Made by a program: the position numbers and the translations under genes. From assembly GCA_037443035.1 (NCBI GenBank), contig JBBIPC010000001.1:96001-160000 (forward strand): a stretch of DNA of 64,000 nt, in the 5' to 3' direction. This document shows positions 57,343-64,000 of the stretch, piece after piece. The notes under the pieces are model-generated. The model worked only from the letters and a program-made list of their open reading frames with translations. It was not told the origin of the DNA and searched no databases. How positions within the stretch are numbered: position 1 is the stretch's first letter; each line of letters starts with the position of its first letter. This DNA is from Chthonomonadales bacterium. GTDB taxonomy: Bacteria > Armatimonadota > Chthonomonadetes > Chthonomonadales > CAJBBX01.

Positions 57343-57882
57343 ATAAACAAAGAGCTTCGCGTTAACGAGCAGATCCTACGCTACAACCGCGACCTGCCGC
57401 GTGTGCGGGATGTGCGCGTGATTGACGAGAACGGCGAACAGCTCGGGATCATGGACGTCCGACGAGCGTTAGAGGTGGCCAGAGAACGATCGCTGGACCT
57501 GATCGAGGTTGCGCCCCAAGCCGTACCGCCGGTGTGCCGGATCATGGACTATGGGAAGTTCAAGTACGACCAGTCCAAGCACGATCGGACGGCACACAAG
57601 AAGCAGAGGGGTGGAGACCTCAAGGTCGTGTTGCTGCGTCCGCAGACCGATGAGCATGACCTCGAGTTCAAGGTTCGGAACGCGGTGAAGTTCTTGAAAG
57701 AGGGCGACAAGGTCCGCATGACAGTACGGTTCCGGAGCCGTGAGATCACGCATCCGGAGTTTGCGGTGGAACTGCTGCAGAAGGTGGCAGAGATGGTCAA
57801 AGACGTGGCTGTCGTGGAGAAGGGAGCCGCCATGGAAGGCAGAACGATGACCATGACGCTCGCTCCGAAGAAAGAAAGTTGA
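57343..57882 (+). CDS. infC: translation initiation factor IF-3 (ATA start codon)
   Basis: RVNEQI, PPVCRIMDYGKFKY, FLKEGDKV; ATA at 57343 follows SD-like GAAGAGGG; the ORF-track start lies inside the promoter. Confidence 0.95.
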   Translation: MNKELRVNEQILRYNRDLPRVRDVRVIDENGEQLGIMDVRRALEVARERSLDLIEVAPQAVPPVCRIMDYGKFKYDQSKHDRTAHKKQRGGDLKVVLLRPQTDEHDLEFKVRNAVKFLKEGDKVRMTVRFRSREITHPEFAVELLQKVAEMVKDVAVVEKGAAMEGRTMTMTLAPKKES

Positions 57883-57922
57883 GGCCGATAGACGACGGTC
57901 TCGGTATGGGGAACGGATAGGA

Positions 57923-58123
57923 ATGCCGAAGATACGCACATCGAAGACGGTGGCAAAGAGGTTCAAGGTTAGCGCCGATGGAAAGCTCCTACGGCGTAGC
58001 GTTGGACTCAACCACCTGATGCGTAAGAAGTCCAAGAGCAGGCGTCGGTCGCTCACCAAGGGTAGCGAGCTCGACCCTGGTAACAAGCAGCGCATCGTTC
58101 GCATGCTGGGTGGGCTGAGCTAA
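57923..58123 (+). CDS. rpmI: 50S ribosomal protein L35
   Basis: MPKIRT...KRFKV...HL..KK. Confidence 0.95.
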   Translation: MPKIRTSKTVAKRFKVSADGKLLRRSVGLNHLMRKKSKSRRRSLTKGSELDPGNKQRIVRMLGGLS

Positions 58124-58205
58124 CGCCACCCAGCGCACCAACACGAGAGAACGGGAAATCGAAGCGGGCATAGCCCCTCCCGTCTGTTAGGAGCCGAAAG
58201 AATCC

Positions 58206-58577
58206 ATGCCACGTGTCAAGCGAGGGACGCTGGTACGAAAGCGTCACAAGAAGATACTCGATGCCGCGTCCGGTTACTTCAGCGGCAAGCACCGCCTGTT
58301 TCGCAGTGCCAACGAGCAGGTGCTCAAGAGTGGTGCATATGCCTATAGAGACAGGCGGAATCGCAAGCGCGAGTTCCGCCGCCTGTGGATCACCCGCATC
58401 AGTGCTGCGTGCCGTGCCAATGGTCTATCCTACAATCGCTTCATTCAGGGACTTGGACTAGCCGGCATCGCCGTGGACCGTAAGGTACTGGCAGATCTTG
58501 CAGTGTCCGATGCGGGCGCGTTCGAGCGCCTAGTCGCTGCCGCGGCAGGCGCTTTGTCTTCAGCCGAGAAGGCATGA
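58206..58577 (+). CDS. rplT: 50S ribosomal protein L20
   Basis: [35 protein letters not shown]. Confidence 0.98.
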   Translation: MPRVKRGTLVRKRHKKILDAASGYFSGKHRLFRSANEQVLKSGAYAYRDRRNRKREFRRLWITRISAACRANGLSYNRFIQGLGLAGIAVDRKVLADLAVSDAGAFERLVAAAAGALSSAEKA

Positions 58578-58752
58578 GATAACGAACGAGGGCCCGCCGG
58601 CAACTCGCAGCATCCGGGAACTCCCGTTATCTATAGCAACAAGGCAGACGCCTCGGCAGCATTCCACCGGGTGAAGCTCGGATGGAGAGCTGGCGGGGCG
58701 TTGTTCTTAGAGGCCTATCCACGGTGGGCAGTGTACGCTGGGAGATAAAGGG

Positions 58753-59733
58753 ATGAACGATATCGAGCAACTGCTTCGACAAGCGCAGGTAGAGCTCGCC
58801 GGAGCTACTACGTCTGGCGATATCGCTGCTGTCGAGGCTCGGTACCTCGGATCGAAGGGCACAATACAGGCCCTCCTGAAGACCATCGGGTCGCTTCCGC
58901 TAGAGCAAAGACCAACGTTTGGCGCCCGGGTCAACGAGGCCAAGGCAGCGCTGACAAGGATGGTGGCAGAGCGCCGCGCCTTCGTCGAAGCAGAGGAGTT
59001 GCGGCAGCGCCTAGCCTCCGAAGCAGTGGATGTAACGTTGCCTGGCTTGCCAGTCCCCTGTGGTCGGCTGCATCCTCTGTCCGCCACCGTCCGGCGCATC
59101 AAGGAAGTGCTGATTGGGTTGGGATTCGAGTTCGTTGACGGTCCAGAGTTGGAAGACTACGAGCACAACTTCGAAGCTCTGAACTATCCTGAGGAGCATC
59201 CAGCCTTCGATGAACAAATGACCTTCTATGTGGACGACAGCCGTCTCCTACGCACACAGACTACCTCCATTCAGGGACGGGTAATGTGCCAGAGGCGGCC
59301 GCCGTTCCGCATCGCGACTACCGGACGATGCTTCCGTTATGAAGCTGTCGACGCGACGCATCACCATACGTTTCACCAGGTGGACGTGTTCATGGCGGAT
59401 GAGGGCATCTCTCTTGCCGACCTGAAGGGGATTCTGCGGTGCTTCGCGAGCGCAATGTTCGGTGAGGATGTCCAGGTGCGATTTCGTCCGGACTACTTTC
59501 CATTCGTAGAGCCAGGCGTGGATTACTCCATCCTGTGGCATGGTCGGTGGCTAGAACTAGGCGGAGCCGGGCTGATCCATCCGAACATCCTCGAGCATTA
59601 CGGCATCGATTCGGAACGCTACACTGGCTTCGCCTTCGGCCTGGGCGTGGAGCGGATCCACATGATTCGGCATGGCGTCACCGACCTGCGCAACTACCTG
59701 GATAATGACATTCGCTTCCTGAGCTGCTTCTGA
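58753..59733 (+). CDS. pheS: phenylalanine--tRNA ligase alpha subunit
   Basis: LLRTQT, FHQV, FPFVEP, GFAFGLGVER. Confidence 0.97.
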   Translation: MNDIEQLLRQAQVELAGATTSGDIAAVEARYLGSKGTIQALLKTIGSLPLEQRPTFGARVNEAKAALTRMVAERRAFVEAEELRQRLASEAVDVTLPGLPVPCGRLHPLSATVRRIKEVLIGLGFEFVDGPELEDYEHNFEALNYPEEHPAFDEQMTFYVDDSRLLRTQTTSIQGRVMCQRRPPFRIATTGRCFRYEAVDATHHHTFHQVDVFMADEGISLADLKGILRCFASAMFGEDVQVRFRPDYFPFVEPGVDYSILWHGRWLELGGAGLIHPNILEHYGIDSERYTGFAFGLGVERIHMIRHGVTDLRNYLDNDIRFLSCF

Positions 59734-59758
59734 CCGTTTACTGTAGAGGAGGAAGGCT

Positions 59759-61822
59759 ATGAAGGTGCCTGTAGAGTGGATTAGGGAATTCGCGCCGGTG
59801 GAGATGTCGGCCGACCAGATCGCCGACCGGCTGACAATGGCGGGTCTGGAGGTCGAAGCATCGGAGGAATCGGACGTCGGTATCGTCCTCGACATCAAGG
59901 TAACTCCTAACCGCGGTGACTGCCTGTCGGTGCTCGGTCTTGCACGGGAGTTAGCGGCTAGCTGTCGCATTCAGTTCCGCGGAAGACAGGTCGTGCCGAG
60001 CTCTGCGGACGAGCCACCAGATGCGGCGGCTTACACTGCTGTGACCATCGAGGCACCTGACCTCTGCCCGCGCTACGCGGCACGAGTCGTCGAAGACCTT
60101 CGCATTGGCGAATCCCCGGCGTGGATACAGGATCGGCTGGCAGCAGCGGGGATGCGTCCCATATCCAACGTTGTGGATATCACGAACTACGTCATGCTGG
60201 AGACCGGTCAGCCACTCCACGCCTTCGACTACGACACCCTTACGGAACGCCGGATCGTCGTGCGGCGTGCGCGAAACGGCGAAGTGCTTACGACGCTCGA
60301 TGGAGTCGAGCGACTCCTGAACAACGACATGTTGGTTATCGCAGATGCTCGGCGACCGGTTGCGCTGGCAGGAATCATGGGAGGGGCCGAGACAGAGATC
60401 ACGGAACGCACACGAACGCTCTTGTTGGAATCCGCCCACTTTGATAGGCGTTGTATCCGACGCACAGCTCGGACGCTCGCGTTGAATACAGAAGCGTCCT
60501 ATCGCTTCGAAAGGATCGTAGACCCAGAAGGCGTTGTCTATGCCGCGGACCTGGCCTGTAAGCTCATCGAAGAACTGGGCGCAGGTAGACCCGTTATGGG
60601 AGTGGTGGATGTCTATCCGGGACGACGGGAACTACGATCGGTGGTGCTTCGGCTGAGCAGGTGCCGTCTCCTGATGGGTTACGAGCCATCGGCCGAGGAT
60701 GTGACGCAGGCTCTGGAGAGGCTCGGATTCGGTCTAGTGCAGGTGGACGCAGGTGTCTGGGAGGTGCGGCCGCCATCGTGGCGACCGGACATCGTTAGGG
60801 AAGTGGATGTGGTGGAGGAAGTCGCCCGCGTTCTCGGTTACGACAGAATTCCCGAACGCCTCATGACGGGTCTGACAACGCGCGGCACGGATACCGAGGA
60901 GGCACGATTCCGTGACGCGGTTAGGGACAACCTCATCGGAGCAGGGCTACAGGAGGTCGTGTGCCACACGCTGATGGCCCCGTCGGATCTCGATGACCCA
61001 TCGCCGGAGACCCAGCGAGTAGCGATCCGTAGTGCCCTCTCTGCCGAACTCTCGGGTCTCCGGCGCTCGCTCATCCCGGGCCTATGCGATGTTGCCAGTC
61101 GTAACGCGCGTCGAGGACTCGGTCCGCTGGCTTTCTTCGAAGTTGGCCCGGTCTTCGCGGTCACGCGGGACGGCACCTACCTGGAGCGCGATGCCGTCGC
61201 GGGTCTAGTGAGCGGTCGGACGACTCCGCGCTCGTGGCACAAGCTCACTGCCGAAGTAACCCCGTTCTACGTGGGCAAGGGCCTTGTCGAGCGGATCTCA
61301 GGACAGTGGAAACTGGAGCTACGGTTTCAGCCGAGCGATGACCCGCGCCTCCACCCGACACGTCAGGCCGCGGTTACGCTCGATGGGCACCGAATCGGTG
61401 TTGTCGGCGAACTGCATCCGGCCAAGCATGCCGATCTCCATCTGCGAGAGCGGTGCGTGGTCTTCGAACTCCTACTGGAACCGTTGCGACTAGCGGCGGG
61501 CGTGGCTCGGCCCACGCCAGCGCAGCTAAGCAAGTACCCATCGGTTGCCCGCGACCTGGCGCCACGCGTGCCGATGGATGTGCCATACGAGGACGTGCGT
61601 GCACGGGTGGAGGAAGTGGCCGGTGAGTGGCTGGCAGAGCTTACGCTGGTGGATGTCTTTTCTGGACCGCCTTTGCCGGAAGGTACGCGAAGCTTCACGC
61701 TGTCCCTCGTGTTCCGTGCCGGAGATCGCACCCTGACCGATGCAGACGTGGACGGCGTCGTGGATCGCATGCGAGAGAGGCTGAAGTCGGAGCTCGGGGC
61801 CACGTTTCAGGAAGCCGGTTAG
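59759..61822 (+). CDS. pheT: phenylalanine--tRNA ligase beta subunit (short form lacking B2)
   Basis: TPNRGDCLS, VDITNYVMLE.GQPLHAFD, ASYRFER, RPDI..EVDVVEEVAR, C-terminal FDX-ACB domain. Confidence 0.95.
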   Translation: MKVPVEWIREFAPVEMSADQIADRLTMAGLEVEASEESDVGIVLDIKVTPNRGDCLSVLGLARELAASCRIQFRGRQVVPSSADEPPDAAAYTAVTIEAPDLCPRYAARVVEDLRIGESPAWIQDRLAAAGMRPISNVVDITNYVMLETGQPLHAFDYDTLTERRIVVRRARNGEVLTTLDGVERLLNNDMLVIADARRPVALAGIMGGAETEITERTRTLLLESAHFDRRCIRRTARTLALNTEASYRFERIVDPEGVVYAADLACKLIEELGAGRPVMGVVDVYPGRRELRSVVLRLSRCRLLMGYEPSAEDVTQALERLGFGLVQVDAGVWEVRPPSWRPDIVREVDVVEEVARVLGYDRIPERLMTGLTTRGTDTEEARFRDAVRDNLIGAGLQEVVCHTLMAPSDLDDPSPETQRVAIRSALSAELSGLRRSLIPGLCDVASRNARRGLGPLAFFEVGPVFAVTRDGTYLERDAVAGLVSGRTTPRSWHKLTAEVTPFYVGKGLVERISGQWKLELRFQPSDDPRLHPTRQAAVTLDGHRIGVVGELHPAKHADLHLRERCVVFELLLEPLRLAAGVARPTPAQLSKYPSVARDLAPRVPMDVPYEDVRARVEEVAGEWLAELTLVDVFSGPPLPEGTRSFTLSLVFRAGDRTLTDADVDGVVDRMRERLKSELGATFQEAG

Positions 61823-61834
61823 GGGCAGTTCCGG

Positions 61835-63553
61835 ATGGCTCGACAGCCGGATGGGAACAGCCGCCCACTCGGATCCGCCGAGGTCATCCGCGGGCGGGTT
61901 CTCGAAGCGGCTGGCCTTGCTGCGGTTGTTGGTATGGCGGTTGTACTGCGCGCCTGGGGCATTCACTGGGGGCTGCCGAATGCCGACCAGATGTGTACCT
62001 ACCATCCGGACGAAGGCGTGAATCTGTTCAACGGCGTGCTGGATCGAGGCGTGGCCCGCCCCCATCTGGACATAGGCTTCTACAACTATGGTTCGTTCTA
62101 CTTCCTGTTATGGCAGGTTGCAGTGGCCGTGAACAGTGCCTACGGTTTCGTGGCGGTACCTTCCATCAACGAGACCAAAGTCCCGCCGTACGAGACCCTG
62201 GGGGCGATGATCCTTGTGGGAAGGCTGCTGTCCGTCCTCATGGCTGTTCTCACCTGCATGATGCTGTGGTGGTATGGGCGCGTCGTGGGACGTCGCGGGG
62301 TTGGGCTAGTTGCAGGCACCACCTACGCGGTCATCCCTCTCGCTGTGGTGCATGCACACTTCGCTACCGTGGACGTGACGGCCACGTGTCTGGCGACCGC
62401 TTCCATGCTCCTGGGGGCGTGGTACTTGCAGAAGGGTAGGTTAGGCGCTGCTCTGGCATCGGGGCTTCTGGCTGGTCTGGCGGCTGCCACCCGCTACAAC
62501 GTGGTCCTCGTAACGGCAGTGCCCCTCACCGCTGTCGCTCTTCGCTGGTGGCAGCAACGGCGAGACGGCGAGGGGCCTGCTTCTTGTATGACCGTCCTGG
62601 GCGTCGTAGCTGTGGGCGTTCTTGCCGGCTTTCTGTTTGGCTGTCCTGGTGCTCTGCTGAACTGGCCGAAGTTCAGCTCCGACATTGTTTTCGAGGCACG
62701 CAAGTCTGCGCAGGGGATGGGGCTGCTGTTTCAGGACACCGGCAATGGCTGGGTCTACCATTACGCCAGCTCCCTACGTCATGGGCTCGGCCTGCCACTG
62801 CTCGCCGTAGTCACGGCCGCAGTTCTTCTGGCGGACTGGCGTCGCTGCCGGGAATTGCAGCTCATCCTACCGTTCGTTCTTGTCTACTACCTCTTCATGG
62901 GGGCTGCTCAGGTACGATTCGCCCGGTACATGATACCGCTACTACCGCCTCTGTGTCTGATAGTAGGCTTCTTCGGAAGCGGCATGACCCGCTTCGCGCT
63001 CATCAGGCGGATCGGCGCGGCCGTGGTTGTGCTGGGAGTTCTTCCAGCGTTGCATGCGTCGGTCGCATACGCACACCGCATGGCTTCGACGGATCCCCGC
63101 GACGAGGCAGCCGAATTCATCCAGCAGGCGCTCCCGCGTGGTGCTACGATCGCCTTCGCCACCACGCCATGGTATTGGTCCCCTCCACTGCTGCCAGTAT
63201 TCACAGCTCCCGTACCAGGTGCAGCACGTCGCAGACTCATCTTGGCCGCGCCTAGCGAGTACCGGTTGCTCCTGCCAAGGCAGGACACCGAGTGGGATAC
63301 ACGGGTGCTGACCGAGAGTGCGCCAGACTGTGTTGTCATATCGGACCTGGAGAGCCAGGACGCGTTGCGGCTGCATCTGCCGCAGGCTCTCGAGTTCCAC
63401 CGCCTGGCTCGCATCGGCCGCAGGACTGTGAGATTCGGTGGGCGTCCACGCCTGTGGGGTATTGTCGCGGCATCAGAGACCTACTTGCCCAACGACATGC
63501 TCTACGTCTGCCCCCGAATCACTGTGTACGTGCGCGCAGGCATGCACCGTTGA
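61835..63553 (+). CDS. GT-C membrane glycosyltransferase (ArnT/PMT-like)
   Basis: WGLP..HPDE, HAHFATVD, GLAAATRYN, RYMIP; many TM helices. Confidence 0.8.
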   Translation: MARQPDGNSRPLGSAEVIRGRVLEAAGLAAVVGMAVVLRAWGIHWGLPNADQMCTYHPDEGVNLFNGVLDRGVARPHLDIGFYNYGSFYFLLWQVAVAVNSAYGFVAVPSINETKVPPYETLGAMILVGRLLSVLMAVLTCMMLWWYGRVVGRRGVGLVAGTTYAVIPLAVVHAHFATVDVTATCLATASMLLGAWYLQKGRLGAALASGLLAGLAAATRYNVVLVTAVPLTAVALRWWQQRRDGEGPASCMTVLGVVAVGVLAGFLFGCPGALLNWPKFSSDIVFEARKSAQGMGLLFQDTGNGWVYHYASSLRHGLGLPLLAVVTAAVLLADWRRCRELQLILPFVLVYYLFMGAAQVRFARYMIPLLPPLCLIVGFFGSGMTRFALIRRIGAAVVVLGVLPALHASVAYAHRMASTDPRDEAAEFIQQALPRGATIAFATTPWYWSPPLLPVFTAPVPGAARRRLILAAPSEYRLLLPRQDTEWDTRVLTESAPDCVVISDLESQDALRLHLPQALEFHRLARIGRRTVRFGGRPRLWGIVAASETYLPNDMLYVCPRITVYVRAGMHR

Positions 63554-64000
63554 CGCTCTCCGAGCTTATCGAACGGTTCTTGGAGCACATGGCCGTCGAG
63601 CGAGGCGCCTCGTCCAACACGATTGAGGCCTACGGCCGTGATCTTCGCCAGTTCTGCGGCTACATGAAGGCTTCAGAGGCATACGATGTATCCAGGCTGG
63701 GAGTCGAGAGCGTCGAGTCCTTCATAGCTGATCTCCGACGCAGCAGCATGAGCGATGCCACCATCGCTCGCAAGGTTGCCGCTATCAAGTCGTTCTCCAG
63801 ATTCGCCCATGCCGAAGGCTATCTGCCCACGAACTTCGCGGAGGATACACCGCCACTCCGGGCAGCCCACAAGCTACCTTCTGTGTTGTCGCCGTTGCAG
63901 ATCGCCAAGCTGCTGGGCGCTCGTCCGATGCATGACCGGACGGCCATACGCGATCGCGCCATGCTCGAAGTCCTCTACTCGTCGGGTCTCAGGGTGTCGG
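63550..64000 (+). CDS. xerD: site-specific tyrosine recombinase XerD (partial, runs off window)
   Basis: TTG 63550 overlaps the upstream stop; FLEHMAVERGASSNTIEAYGRDL, TIARKVAAIKSF, RDRAMLEVLYSSGLRVS. Confidence 0.88.
   Translation, partial: MTLSELIERFLEHMAVERGASSNTIEAYGRDLRQFCGYMKASEAYDVSRLGVESVESFIADLRRSSMSDATIARKVAAIKSFSRFAHAEGYLPTNFAEDTPPLRAAHKLPSVLSPLQIAKLLGARPMHDRTAIRDRAMLEVLYSSGLRVS

Noticed and set aside
63550..64000. Tyrosine recombinase as a prophage/ICE integrase
   Set aside because: The N-terminus is typical XerD, it is coupled to a chromosomal gene, and no att site, tRNA or phage genes are seen
1..64000. CRISPR arrays, rRNA, tRNA, intact IS elements, defence systems
   Set aside because: No regularly spaced repeats, cloverleafs, transposase or cas/RM motifs found by eye; a tRNAscan/Infernal run would be needed to exclude small RNAs

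Overview
A GC-rich (roughly 60-65% by eye), gene-dense chromosomal window from a diderm bacterium. Two prepilin/H-X9-DG (DUF1559-like) proteins, DUF1080 and DUF4838 proteins and an outer-membrane porin suggest an Armatimonadota-like (or PVC-like) organism; this is an inference. Housekeeping genes include dxr-rseP, leuS-asnS-comEA, infC-rpmI-rplT-pheS-pheT and a partial xerD. Metabolic modules include an OFA-MFS/acs/porin/CoA-transferase-GNAT cluster and a nifJ (PFOR) + DHODH-like pair. There is a ccmABCDEF cytochrome c maturation operon of the CxxxY-CcmE type (System I*), an ECF sigma/ZAS anti-sigma pair and several secreted carbohydrate-related proteins. The best candidate for an undescribed system is a tightly coupled operon at 39450-44505: four membrane genes (a DUF6754-like protein, an apparent opposite-topology counterpart and two polytopic proteins), a LolA-like/thioredoxin fusion and two small conserved genes, behind a perfect-consensus sigma70 promoter and a structured leader. 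A DUF4838 gene is bracketed by two degenerate ~270-330 bp direct repeats, each starting at a GTAG-type REP-like hairpin. I found no CRISPR array, rRNA, tRNA or intact transposase. Family names come from motif recognition, not database searches.
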